This document shows, piece after piece, positions 29,308-43,894 of a DNA stretch of 64,000 nucleotides; position 1 is the stretch's first letter, and the number at the start of each line of letters is the position of its first letter. The stretch is from Eledone cirrhosa (taxonomy: Eukaryota): NCBI GenBank assembly GCA_964016885.1, contig OZ024741.1:220844001-220908000 (forward strand), read 5' to 3'. Under the pieces are notes generated by a model, which worked only from the letters and a program-made list of their open reading frames with translations, was not told where the DNA came from and searched no databases. The position numbers were made by a program, and so were the translations under genes.

Positions 29308-29504
29308 AGTGGAAGCTTAGTAAAATCGAAATCGAAGCTTTGGCTGTGGGCAGGCAAAGTCGACCTACAATAAGGAATGAGTAGTAAAGCACTCAATAAG
29401 GCTAGGTCCTTAGAGTAATAACATACGTTTAAATAGCTTGCCAAATTGAACATTGCGGTAGGCAAAACCCAACCACACAATACCAAAGTAACGAAAGAAC
29501 TAAC

Positions 29505-29574
<70 letters not shown>

Positions 29575-30407
29575 GTGTATAATGGTAGCTATGGTGCTTC
29601 CTTAGGCGGTATACCAAAATTAGCACTCGATATTCATCAGAGTAGATTGTATATATTATAAAGAAAACGAAAAATCAGTGATGCATCTGGACTTAGTTTA
29701 TTTCGTGTTACAAATGTTTCGCCGGCATGTAGCTCGAGACGTGGTCCTTGTATGGATCTGGCTGATTCTTCTTCTGCGGGTTCTTTCAGACACGGGTGTT
29801 TCGTCCGGAGCAAATTTTATTACTGGGGTGTTACCATCAGAAAACACCCTCAAAAAACCCTATTTCCACTCTTGTCATGCCATTGGCTGTTTTTACTCCA
29901 CGTCATCACAAGTTCTGCTCAGTATCTGCTGCCACACGGTTCATCAACCATTTTCCGTCCGACATGTTTCTAAGGAGTCATGCTGGGTTCAGTACTTCAC
30001 ACGTCTGCTCACACTTCAGAGTAAGCACCCACACATACTAAAATACACACATAAACACACACACATGCAGACACATACCTATCTATGCATACACACACGT
30101 ACGCCTACATGCGCAGACACACACACACCCCCATACATACATCGAAGTATATATACACACACCCTCTCTCCCTCACTTCCACGGACCCATTCACATCCAC
30201 TTGTTGATACATATCACCACAAGCCTTCTGACGGCTGCTTACTTCGCGCCCTGTATCAGTTGGGATAAGCATATTCTACTGGTTAAGGGCCGTAATTCTA
30301 TGCTGCAAAACATGGTGTCGCTCTACCGATACTGCCAATCCACCGCCATAGCGACATTATTAAAAGTAAATCTGAAAATGTCGATAAACAATCAGGTTCA
30401 ATACCAC

Positions 30408-30990
30408 AATCACCATCATCACCATCCCCACCACCACCATCACCATCGTCACCACGGCCATCATCACCATCACCATCATCACCACCACCATCAACATCAT
30501 CACCACCATCATTACCACCATCATCACCATCATCATCACTATCATCATCATCACCATCATCACCACCACCACCATCACCATCATCACCATCGCCAACACA
30601 GCATCATCACCATCATCATCACCACCGTCATCATCATCATCACCATCACCACCACTACCATCGCCACCACCACCACCACCACCATCACCACCATCACCAC
30701 CACCATCACCACCAACACCACCACCATCATCATCACCATCACCATCATCACCATTACCACCACCATAACCAACACCACATCACCACCACCACCATCACCA
30801 TCACTTCCAGAATCGCCATTGCCATCACAGCACTACCACCACCACCACTATCACCATTACTACCACCACTATCACCAACGCCATCACCATCACCATCACC
30901 ATCACCCCACCATCACCACTATCATTATCACCATCACCACCACCATCACCACCATCATCACCACCATCATCCCCATCACCATTACTACCA
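30408..30990. repeat. (CAC/CAT)n microsatellite
   Basis: Direct reading. Confidence 0.95.
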
Positions 30991-31458
30991 GAATCGCCAT
31001 GACGGAAAAGAGAAGCTAGAAGATAAAAAAAAACTATACTATTCACTGATAAAATACATTTACATAAACAAGATTAGTTGAGATATCTTATACTATTTTC
31101 CGCCATTTTCTATAACCATTTCTCATCCAGTGTTTTCCATTTTTTCTTCTTCTTCTAGTATCGTCTGTTTAGGGGGAGATTTTTTTGTAACATATTTTCT
31201 TTCATTGTATTTTTCTTTCTATGTGAATATTGTTGTTTTCTGGAGAATTCTAAAAAGAGGAGAATTTAAAAATAAAACTGAAACATCAAGAGAGACGAGA
31301 AAAAAATAAATGAAGAAAATATACAGACGATAGATAGACTTAATAATCTTCAGTGCAATAAATTGGCGAAGACTGAGAGATAGCTCGCCATTTTAAGTTG
31401 GTTATAACTGAATCAGTATTCGAAAACGGGGGAAAATCAATTGAACTTATATATATAA

Positions 31459-31524
<66 letters not shown>

Positions 31525-31609
31525 TTGTGTGTATATATATATGTGTGTGTAGAGAGAGAGAGAGATAAGTATATATATGTGTGTATATATATATATGTGT
31601 ATATATAGA

Positions 31610-31675
<66 letters not shown>

Positions 31676-32159
31676 TGTGTGTGTGTGTGTGTGTGTGCGT
31701 GTGTGTGTGTGTGTAGAAATTTATATATATGTATATATGTATATACACTCAAATGTATCTATTCCAGTCTTATCAAAACTGAAGGTATTTTAGATTAAGG
31801 TAGACAAACTTAAAATGGGAGAGGAGGAAGAGTGTAGGAGGGGAAGATGGAGGAGGTGAGAGAGGAGGTAGGAAGAGAGTACTAAAGGAGGCGGTGTTAT
31901 TGTTGTTTGTGGCCGCTATAATAATATAGAGAAATACAGAAATAAATAACAGAACATAGTAGAAAGTACAACATATTGTTGGATATCCATCGATTTCGAC
32001 GATGAGTCTTCCCATGGTTTGATCGCCAGTATCACCTCCTTGAGCAAGATTGATGTTCATTGGTTGAACACTCCACAGACACGTGTAGCATTAACGAAAT
32101 TCCCTGAGAGATTCAGCATAATATAGTATATGACAAGGCTGACTTTTTGAATTTATAGA

Positions 32160-32390
32160 TACGAGGAACGGCTGTAAAGTTCATAGGTTGACCAAGATAC
32201 TCTCATGGAATGACCAAAATGAGGTTTATTTTTCAACATAATCCCTGGAAAGAAATAATCCAGTATTTAATAAGAAAAACTGAAATTAATGCTTGCCAGA
32301 TTTCATAGCTCTAGCATCACACCTTCATAGGTTGACCAAGATACTCTCATGAAATGACTAAATGAGGTTCATTTTTCAACATAGACCCTG
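32160..32390 (+). mobile_element. Mariner-like MITE end with internal ~100-bp duplication
   Basis: TACGAGG start; TTCATAGGTTGACCAAGATACTCTCATG..TTTTTCAACATA present twice. Confidence 0.5.
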
Positions 32391-32595
32391 AACGAGGGTC
32401 TGCTAGAAAGATATTTATATTCATAAATGGAAGAAGTCTGCAAGATTAATTCATATGAATTAGTCTGTATTTACTTTAGATATCCCGACTGCAATTTCGA
32501 ATATCCTAACATAGGCAGGACATCTAACATCAGACTTATGGTCAGCATGCTTGTCGGATGTAGGCACTATATACATATATATAGCTCCTACAGTG

Positions 32596-33287
32596 GACCT
32601 GTTATTTTTCTCTAAAGAACATTTTTTCCAGTTCCACCCGGTCCGTCCCTTCAATCTTTCTAATTTCTCATTCTTTCTTCTGTGAAAGACTAGCGTCCGA
32701 AACGTTAAGACCCTCTTCCTGCTATTTCAAGCGTTAACCTAATATATTCCTTCCATATACTATACCAATTGTGTTGTTATTTCTGTTTACCTTTTACATA
32801 CACACACACACGCGCACACACACACTCACACACACATATATATATGTATAGTGTAGTAATAATTTGGTAAACATGGCCAAGGTGTATATTACTCAGTCCA
32901 TGTGACCAGTTTTAATATATTATTAAATTCAATAACTACAACGAAGATATAACAGAGAAACGCAAAGTCACGCTTTGAGTAAGTTGGGTTCACACAACGA
33001 AACGCACGTCCTGGTGACGTGATCAGACCTGTTTTTTTCTCTAAAATATGTTTCGTTTCTGCCACTGCCTAGTCTTCTATATCATTTTATTTGTTCTTTA
33101 ATTTCACAGTCTATTTTATGACGAAGGACTAGCGTCCGAAACATTAATACTCTTTTCCTACTTTATAAAGCGTAAAACTAATAATATATTTCTTCATTGT
33201 ACTGTGTTGTTTGCTTTGTTATTTCTGCCTTTTTTACATATATATATAGCTTTTCATTACCATCCCGTATAATATATATATATATAA

Positions 33288-33372
<85 letters not shown>

Positions 33373-33982
33373 TGTGTGTGTGTGTGTATTTATATATATG
33401 TCTGTGTGAGAGTGTGTGTGTGTTTATAGAACAATGAAACAGGACAGAAGTCAGAGGTAGGTAGTTAATTAGTTCATTGTTTTACGATCGTTTCAGAGGG
33501 TTGATTGATCGTAGAAGATCGATGTATCGACTAGCATGGTAGTGGTTACGTTACTACGAGAAAACCTTACATTATATATATGAGTGTGTGTGTGTTTATA
33601 GAACAATGAAACATGACAGAAGTCAGCGGTAGGTAGTTAATTAGTTCATTGTTTTACGATCGTTTCAGAGGGTCGATTGATCGTGGAAGATCGATGTATC
33701 GACTAGCATGGTAGTGGTCACGTTACTACGAGAAAACCTTACACAGAGATCACCTACTACAAAAACTACTGGTCACACCAACTAATCTTGCTGTAACTAC
33801 CTTTCCAAGGACACATTGAGGTCTAATAACGTTCTCAGCCCCACCGCAAGAGGGCGGAATACCATAAGGACTAGCGTCCGAAACGTTACGACCCTCTTCC
33901 TGCTATTTCAAGCGTTAACCTAATATATCCCTTGCATATACTGTACCGAATGTGTTGTTATTTCTGTCTATCTTTTACATAC
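32596..33982 (+). mobile_element. Cluster of three family-A HHR repeats (32596-32800, 33027-33240, 33865-33982)
   Basis: GACTAGCGTCCGAAAC(G/A)TTA plus the conserved tail; CTGATGA box mutated or absent in each. Confidence 0.75.
33408..33742. repeat. ~173-bp direct duplication
   Basis: GTTTATAGAACAATGAAACA...GAGAAAACCTTACA twice. Confidence 0.9.
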
Positions 33983-34009
33983 ATATATATATATATATAT
34001 GTATATATG

Positions 34010-34041
<32 letters not shown>

Positions 34042-34084
34042 AAGAGAAGAGATTGGGGGGGGGGGGTATATCAATCATAAGGAT

Positions 34085-34165
34085 TAGTTGCCACGCAGTG
34101 TAGTTGAACATAAAATTACGTAGTTTTGTTGCCAACCACTTAACCATACAGCCACAGCTGCGCCC
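34085..34165 (-). mobile_element. Degenerate tRNA-derived SINE head
   Basis: Minus strand GGCGCAGCTGTGGCTGTATGGTTAAG...GTTCAACTACACTGCGTGGCA with A/B-box spacing. Confidence 0.5.
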
Positions 34166-34194
34166 ATAACTAGCATTCAAAAAATATACAATAC

Positions 34195-34197
34195 ACA

Positions 34198-34233
<36 letters not shown>

Positions 34234-35132
34234 ATACAATACAGACACACACATACACTCATACTGTGAACACATACACACATACACACATATATATATA
34301 CAATATAATAAAAACACACACCTCACACATCAGGCACAACACACACACACCGCAGTACACTCATATACATACCACAGTACACTGACACACACAACACAGA
34401 ACACTCACACACACACCACAGTAAACTCACACACACACACACCACACACATCATATACAACACAGTACACTCATACACACAACACAGTAAACTCACACAC
34501 ATCACATACACATTACACTGATAACACACAACACAGTACACTCACACACCACACACCACACACATATTACACTCATACATACAACACAGACAACACACCA
34601 CACACATCACACACACCACACAACACCACACAACACAGTACACACACAGCACACACACAACATTACACTCATACACACAGCACAGTACACTCAAACATAC
34701 AATACACACCACACACACCACACACAAAACACACCACACAACACACACACAACATTACACTCATACACACAGCACAGTACACTCAAACATACAATACACA
34801 CCACACACACCACACACACCACACACCACACAACACACACACAACATTACACTCATACACACAGCACATTACACTCAAACATACAATACACACCACACAC
34901 ACCACACACACCACACACCACACAACACACACACAACATTACACTCATACACACAGCACAGTACACTCAAACATACAATACACACCACACACACCACACA
35001 CAAAACACACCACACAGCACACACACACAACATTACACTCATACACACAGCACAGTACACTCAAACACACAATACACACCACACACACATCACACACAAC
35101 ACACACACACAACATTACACTCATACACACAG
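34195..35132. repeat. CA-rich compound minisatellite
   Basis: Recurring ACAACATTACACTCATACACACAGCACAGTACACTCAAACATACAATAC units. Confidence 0.9.
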
Positions 35133-35577
35133 CATATTAGATTATAATTCGAATATAATCAGCAGAATTTTAAGTGAGTATTTGGTCAATTCTATTGAAC
35201 AGGAAGAAAAAATTAGAGTAGTTGCCACAAGGAAAAAACCCACATGACTACGAAATGTATGCACCCCAACATAAATGATTATAATAATAGTTGATCTCTA
35301 TAAATTATAGTTGAGAAAATCGTGTAAATTACCCCACATTTTCCGTCTAGGGGTAACATTGCCATATTTTTCTCTTAAATATTGTTTACAGTAATTCGAT
35401 AGCGATTGGCAGAGATGTGAACTCACAACCTTACAATTGTCAGCTTAACTTTCTCTCCACTAAGTCACGCGCCTATGTGTGACAGTTCACACCTATGCAG
35501 GTTTACCTGGCCTCCTCCGAGGTATATCTCGTTGGAGGTGTCTTGGGTAATTTAACGATAGGGACTCCAGTCCGATC

Positions 35578-35722
35578 ATCTCATTTCTACAGCTGAGTAA
35601 ACTGGAGCAATGTGAAATAAAGTGTCTTGCTCAAGGAAACAACACATCACCCGGTCCGAAAATTGAACTCACAACCTTTCGATTGCAAGCCCAATACTCT
35701 AACCACTAAGCCATGCGCCTTC
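35578..35722 (-). mobile_element. CORE-type tRNA SINE
   Basis: Reverse complement of 55728-55872 (TGGCTTAGTGG, GAGTTCAAT, TCCTTGAGCAAGACACTTTATTTCAC). Confidence 0.8.
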
Positions 35723-36200
35723 AATTGTCAGCTTATCTTTCTCTCCACTAAGTCACGCGCCTATATACATGAAATATCACACTTTTCCCGATTTGTCCCA
35801 CAGTTTATAAACAAATGTATAATTTATTGCGCATTTGTAAGATATGCTCCCAAAAATACAGTTTCCAATAATTTAAAAAAAACATTTATCCCAAAATGTC
35901 ATGATAAAATGATTATGTTCGACTAATTAATATGCATAAATAAAATATCTGTAATTATATTTTTTACATGTGTTAGACTGTATCCTTTGGAACAATAACC
36001 AATTCAATATCTAATTAAATATGCAAATCAGCTAATAATATATTCAAATCTGAAATATGCAATTTAAGTACAATAATTTTTTTTTAAATTTCCATTCGGG
36101 TTACATCCTTTTATAAATCTGTCATATATTTTAACATGTTTCAATAGAATTTATATAGAATTTATATTGTAGCTAGCAAAAGAAACGCAACTAGTACTGC

Positions 36201-36295
<95 letters not shown>

Positions 36296-36858
36296 CCCTC
36301 TATCTCTTTATATATATATATAAACGAAGGAAGTGTAGTAAGGAACCAGGTGGACCATAACACACCAGAGTGCTCGATACTATGGATAGTAGAATGGGTA
36401 ATAGGAAAAGAGTTCGGACCCCGACAGCTGAGCTTCGGCCGTTTCAACAGGGGGTTCAGAACTAGCTGTCGAAACGGCATATTCACTCTCTGTTTCTCCC
36501 CTTCTCACTTCCTCCCGTTTGGCTTGTGTGGGTCTCTTCTTGCTCACATCTCACACACATCAACACGGTCTGTACTTCTCTCGCTCATGAAATCCACCCA
36601 GCTTATGCTGACCAGGACTACCATGTTGCTTGTTTATTTCCTTTCTTTAGTTTGTTTTTATCCTTCTATGTTGTTCACTTGTCCCCCTCGCCTTACGCGA
36701 ATTCTGGTCCCAATAACTTTTTTTAGATTATTGCTCGCACCAACCTGAGGTATCTGATTTTTAATGCGATGAAATACCAATGATGGTTGGAAAATCACTG
36801 ACGAAGGACTATTTTTATCATATGTGCAAACCACGCAGTATTCTTCTTTCTTCTCATG

Positions 36859-36947
<89 letters not shown>

Positions 36948-37171
36948 AGTTTTTCCAAATTGAAGGATGAGTATTTTAAACTTTATTTTATTCTGAGTTA
37001 AGGCTCGATTGATTTTTCCCTCGATTTCACCAAATTCTGTGTATGAATCTATATCCTGATTCTTTTTGAATTGAGTTTGAATTATTTTCCCACATCTTAC
37101 GTTAATTATTTTTCCATTTATATATTATGGAATACTGTTGGCTTCTTGCTACAATAATTTCTATACTTTTC

Positions 37172-37406
<235 letters not shown>

Positions 37407-37504
37407 TATAAAATGCTCGGATCTATTCATTGGAATCTTTGAGCTTATTCTGCAGTGTATATGGTGCATGTCTCTCAGACATGACAACTTTAATTTAATT
37501 TTGG

Positions 37505-37559
<55 letters not shown>

Positions 37560-37560
37560 A

Positions 37561-37710
37561 GTAAGAAACACAGTAAATCGTGTGTCTAATATTAGGAGGG
37601 TTGAAAGACCACTTTTGTTTGAAATATTTAACCATGAAGCAGACAGAATGATAAAATAAAATTAAATTATATTATACAAACCGTCTCAATAACAATTATA
37701 TCTCTCGGAC
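37561..37710 (-). mobile_element. Dispersed repeat, family E (second copy 63789-63922)
   Basis: GTAAGAAACACAGTAAA.CGTGTGTCTAA...TATATCTCTCGGACA shared; abuts (TA)n. Confidence 0.8.
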
Positions 37711-37810
37711 ATATATATTATTATTATAATGCTCGGTATTTATGCTTTGAGCTTATTGATTACAGGGTTTCAGTAAGAGTTATTAACTCTAACTTTCATT
37801 TATATATATA

Positions 37811-37879
<69 letters not shown>

Positions 37880-38792
37880 AAAAGAAATCAAAATCGAAAA
37901 TGCAACTGGAGTCTTTTTAAGAATATTTATTTATTTCCTTTACCGGTTTCGCAGTTCTAATGTTTTTCAAAAGTAAAATTGAGATGTAGGGTTTGTGGTT
38001 TGTCTCGGAAAGGAATGGGCCTCCACCAGGCTTAAAATTCATAAGAAACGCGTATAAAACAATACGGCGCCCCTATGACTCTATCAGAAGCTACGGGACT
38101 AAAAGAAAAAAAGACCTACTTGTCGTAAAACATATACACAATTGTTAGAGACTAGCAGAAAAACCATCCATCGGGTGGTTTTCTGCTAGCATGTATAGTG
38201 TGCATATTGATATGCACAAGTATATATGCATGTAGATATGATACATCAAATAAAACCACAATTGACAATATACACAGAAATTGAACGAAGACTGTGTTAC
38301 ACTCTCTTATGTAATCAGTAACGTAATCCATGATACATTAAAAAAGAGGATATTATATATAAATTGCATTAGGAGAAAATTAGTGACGGAATATATGAAT
38401 GTTTATTTAAGCGATCGCTAACCGGAAGTGTTGACATTTGAAAATGTTAATGAAGTGAATCTTTAAATAAGTAATAAAATATATTTAATGAACAGCCACG
38501 AAATTTAGTAGATAAATTATGTAGATAAATTTAGTAGATAAATTATTCATTCATTATTTATTCAATGTAATCCAACTTATTTTACAAAAGGGATAAAATA
38601 ATATATTCTGGATGCAGTCCCGCACTCCTTACTTTATTATAGTTTAGATAGAACGGAATTGGCGAACCAGACTAAGACATCATTTGTAGAATTATGTGTT
38701 ACCTGCAGCCACCGGGACAACGGTCGAGGAGGCAATCCCGAACAACATGCCAGACTGTCTGTTCAGAGTCCTCAGTCATATACTCTACCATA

Positions 38793-39002
38793 AGTACCAG
38801 TAATGCAATGAGGTCGATTTAATAGACTTCCCCCTCCCCCAAAATCGCTGGCCTTGTGCTTATAGTAGAAATCATTATTGGCAGTATCGGTAGAGCGTCG
38901 GACAACATGCTTAGCTGCATAGAGCTATGGCCCTTTACGTTCTGAGGTTCACTTTGCCTTTCATCCTTACGAGATTGATAAAATAAAGTACCAGTAACAC
39001 AC
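38793..39002 (+). mobile_element. SINE tail followed by a second SINE copy
   Basis: AAGTACCAGTAATGCA...GTAGAAA then TTGGCAGTATCGGTAGAGCG...AAGTACCAG. Confidence 0.8.
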
Positions 39003-39009
39003 TGTATCG

Positions 39010-39408
39010 ATACACTGTTGTTACCCACCCTTTACTACTACTGGGGAGGTAAGTGGGAGTGTACACTGTTGTTACCTCCCTTTACTACTACTGGGGTGGT
39101 AGGGGGAGTGTACACTGTTGTTACCTACCTTTACTACTATTGGAGTGATAGGGGGAGTGTTACCTCACTTTACTACAACTGGGGTGGTAGGGGGAGTGTA
39201 CACTGTTGTTACCTCCCTTTACTACTATTGGAGTGGTAGGGGAAGTGTTTCCTCACTTTACTACTAATGGGGTGATGGGGGAGTGTACACTGTTGTTACC
39301 TCCCTTTACTACTATTGGAATGGTAGGGGGAGTGTTACCTCACTTTACTACTAATGGGGTGGTAGGGGGAGTGTACACTGTTGTTACCTCCCTTTACTAC
39401 TACTGGCA
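39010..39408. repeat. ~38-49-bp minisatellite (GTACACTGTTGTTACCTCCCTTTACTACTACTGGGGTGGTAGGGGGAGT)
   Basis: Direct reading, about 9 units. Confidence 0.9.
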
Positions 39409-39899
39409 GTAAACTAAATTGAATCCCTTCTTGGACGTCTTTTCATTGCAATTAGTTCTTTTCATGGTTAAAAAAACCAATACATACACACATATATACA
39501 CATACACACGCACATATATATACACGCACATACACACTCACTTATACACATATACACACACATACAAACACACATACACACACATACATACATATACACA
39601 CATATACACACATATACACACATATACACACATATACACACGCACTTATATATACACACACATACACACACATATACACATATACATACACACACTTACA
39701 CACACACATAAACACATATACACATGCATATATATATATACACATAGACGCACCCACATATACACATATACACTCTCACGAATACACACACATACACACA
39801 CGTCACTCATACACAAATATACACCCCCAACACACACACAAACACACCACGCACAGTACACACAGAAATACACACTCACACTACACACACCACACACCA

Positions 39900-41410
39900 C
39901 ATACACACACCACACACACCTACACCTCCGACACCCACACACACACAAATCCCACACACTCACACCTACACCTCCGACACCTAACCTTAACCCTAACCCA
40001 CACACACCACACACACCTACACCCCCGACACCCACACACCACACACACCATACACACCTACACCCCCGATACCCACACACCACACACACCATACACACCT
40101 ACACCCCCGACACCCACACACCACACACACCATACACACCTACACCCCCGACACCCACACACCACACACACCACACACACCTACACCCCCGACACCCACA
40201 CACCACACACACCATACACACCTACACCCCCGACACCCACACACCACACACACCATACACACCTACACCCCCGACACCCACACACCACACACCCCACACA
40301 CACCTACACCCCCGACACCCACACACCACACACACCACACACACCTACACCCCCGACACCCACACACCACACACACCATACACACCTACACCCCCGACAC
40401 CCACACACCACACACACCATACACACCTACACCCCCGACACCCACACACCACACACCCCACACACACATACACCCCCGACACCCACACACCACACACACC
40501 ACACACACCTACACCCCCGACACCCACACACCACACACACCATACACACCTACACCTCCGACACCCACATACCACACACCCCACACACACCTACACCTCC
40601 GACACCCACACCCCACACACCCCACACACACCTACACTCCCGACACCCACACACCACAAACTACACACACACCACACACCACACACTCCATACGTACCCT
40701 ACACATACCTACACCTCCGACACCCACACACCACACACCACACACCCCATATACCACACACCACACACACCTAAATCTCCGAGACCCACACACCCTCCAC
40801 ACACACCCACACACACCTACATCTCCGAGACCCACACACCACACACACCTACACCTCCGAGACCCACACACCACACACAGTACACACACACCTACATCTC
40901 CGAGACCCACACACACACACAGTACACACACACCTACACCTCCGAGACCCACACACCACACACAGTACACACACACCTACACCTCCGAGACCCACACACC
41001 ACACACAGTACACACACACCTACACCTCCGAGACCCACACACCACACACAGTACACACACACCTACACCTCCGAGACCCACACACCACACACAGTACACA
41101 CACACCTACACCTCCGAGACCCACACACCACACAGAGTACACACACACCTACACCTCCGAGACCCACACACCACACACAGTACACACACACACCTACACC
41201 TCCGAGACCCACACACCACACACAGTACACACACACCTACACCTCCGAGACCCACACACCACACAGAGTACACACACACCTACACCTCCGAGACCCACAC
41301 ACCACACACAGTACACACACACACCTACACCTCCGAGACCCACACACCACACACAGTACACACACACCTACACCTCCGAGACCCACACACCACACACAGT
41401 ACACACACAG
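39900..41410. repeat. 41-43-bp CA-rich minisatellite with two sub-arrays
   Basis: CCTACACCCCCGACACCCACACACC.. units then CCTACACCTCCGAGACCCACACACCACACACAGTAC.. units. Confidence 0.92.
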
Positions 41411-41644
41411 GAGTATCTGTTGAAGGTAAAGAGCAATGTGCAAGTGCGAGGTGGCAACTGGCTCAGTCAACTAGGTCAAACTAAATGTTTATCGATACCA
41501 TTAACTATTATATTGTTATATTGATCAGATCGATAATACATAGACCAGAGTAAACAACTCTATACACTCACCATTGTTTCTTCTTAATAGAACATAATTA
41601 TTCAACATATTGGATTTGGAGAAAGGTCTGTATGTATATATACA

Positions 41645-41677
<33 letters not shown>

Positions 41678-41856
41678 GGGTGTTTGTGTGTATATAGATA
41701 TATGTGTGTCTGTGTGTGCGTATGTGAGTGTGTATATGTGAGTGTGTATATGTATATGTGAGTGTGTATATATGTGCGTACGTGAGTGTGTATATGTATG
41801 TGTATATATAGTTATAGGAATAACCAAAGAGTGCTTAGAAATACATTGTTTTATTA

Positions 41857-41902
41857 CCTAACAGTATTTCATCCATAGACCATGGCAGGAATCATCAGAG
41901 CC
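41857..41902 (-). ncRNA. Hammerhead-like motif downstream of the 43.9-45.2 kb PLE
   Basis: Minus strand CTGATGA-T-TCC..GGA-T-GAAA-TACTGTTA. Confidence 0.55.
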
Positions 41903-43894
41903 TATAAACATGAGTATATCAGTAGTTGCATGCTCCATCGAGCTGCGTCACCAGAACAAGGTTAAAGGACCAGCAAGGGGGTCCCGAGGCCAGCGCTATA
42001 TGGAAAAAGACAATACATGATGCACATAATGTCATAAAATGTCTTTAAAATTTATAAATTACACCAAAAATGTATCACTTAAATGGTGCAATAGATGATA
42101 AAGAGGTTGGGAGAGGGTAACAAGGGATGAGTGAGGGTATTACTCAGCATGATCAGAAACAATCAGAAAATAATAAAAAACAATAATAATAAAAAAGTAC
42201 AAAAATACAGGGATAAGAAAAGAGATAAATATAAAAATACAAATCAATAAAGGAACAAAAAGCCCGGAAACCCCCAAAAGTATAAGACAAAACAAAGCAT
42301 AGACACATCAAAGTACAAGCAGTGCAAAAAGAGGGTGTACAGACAGATCAAGAGATTTTGCAAGCATGAGTCTGTGAAAAGAATAGTTGGTTAGCAGTGG
42401 TGCAGCCTTACATGTATGATAGTCCATATGAGGGATGGTGTATTCCAATTATATCGCCTTGTAATAGGTCGATTCTCCTTATCATATCCGCACCCTACGA
42501 ACCACATCGATATGTTCCAGTTCCGAACGTTAAGTGAGATAACACTATTTTTTCTAAACCTATACCCAGGGGATTTATCACCATAGGCGGTCTGGGATAT
42601 ACACCTAAAATCTAAAATAAAAAATAAAAGAAAGTACGACGAGTTAAAGAAATGTATGGTACATATACAACCGGCACAGATGTGAGGAAATGGAAAATAT
42701 TCGGTCACTCAATCCAACGTGCCAGGTGAAATTCACTGTATGTCCAAGTTGGCGTTCAACCAATGTTTCGCACCGCATACAACTATACCACAGTAAATAC
42801 AAATCGTGGTAGCTATCCCGTTACATATAGAGAAAAAGTGTATATAGGAAACTCCGCTTTCAGAATCACATATGGCAGAATGAGCAGATAATGTTATAAA
42901 AATAGGCGGGTTTATTATAGTGAGTGCACATTTCTGTAGAATATATAGATATATATTGAAGAGAGAACTCACAACCAAACCTGTCAATGACGGCTATGTT
43001 ATTTATATGTCCGCCACGTGGTTTTCGTTTAGATTATTGACTCCGGAGGTTGCAATCCATTCACAGTCGGGTGTGACCCCTCCTGGGTCGGCGGGAGTTC
43101 AATATCCAGTGCTGCACTTTGCCTTGAGTGTGGTTCTATAATTCATCAAAGCTGGATCACAATTCATATTCAACTAACTCCAACTTTCAAAGATTAGTCT
43201 CTCGCTAGTAACAGATAACGCTAGTCCGAATATAAACACAGGAAGTCGTAGTGTACCCATGAAAGGTATGGGAGGCAATTCGCGTCATAAAGGGCGGATT
43301 CATTAGATATCCAACGGGATGCTAGGGGCGAGTCTTTTGTTTGATTCGAAGCTCTCAGCGATCAACCACCCCTTCCCCCTGGGGCTTCATCGATTCAGCG
43401 GCGCCTAGCCCACACGATTTGCTACCATAGTTCACTATACTAGGTTAGATCTATTACACACTTTAGGGTTAAGGTTAACTAGACCCCGGGTACCCAATTC
43501 ACCCGCTTTATAGCTGCGGCGGGGTTTTCTGGGCTTTCGACAGACTATTGTGTTGTGCTATCAGTTAGCGCACAATGGGTGTGTTTATAAACCATACTAA
43601 CATGGTTAGTGTGGGTATGTGCCTATATAGGGTCAAACTAAGCTAGGTATAGTGTAAAGCCTTAAGTAGGTTCTACCACATGGTTCTTGGCTTGTGGTCC
43701 AATAAGATGAACTAGGGGAGAGAGGAAGAAAAGTAAGAGAAGGAGGAGAAGAGAAGAGGTATTAGAGTAGTCTATATACACCTGAAGGGCAGTTAACGTC
43801 ACAAAGGAACCAGGATGCAGTGCGGCGTGGTTTTACGTAGGCCTGACAGGACGGAGATATGCAGGTCCTACAGCGTTAGGTAATTGGTCTAAAA

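Noticed and set aside
38700-38785. Possible minus-strand exon with CAG|GTAAC donor
   Set aside because: Peptide EQTVWHVVRDC..PGG looks like a LINE C-terminal zinc-knuckle remnant; no partner exons
39980-43478. Telomere-like TTAGGG words at ~39980 and ~43463
   Set aside because: Only 2-3 imperfect units; compatible with chance
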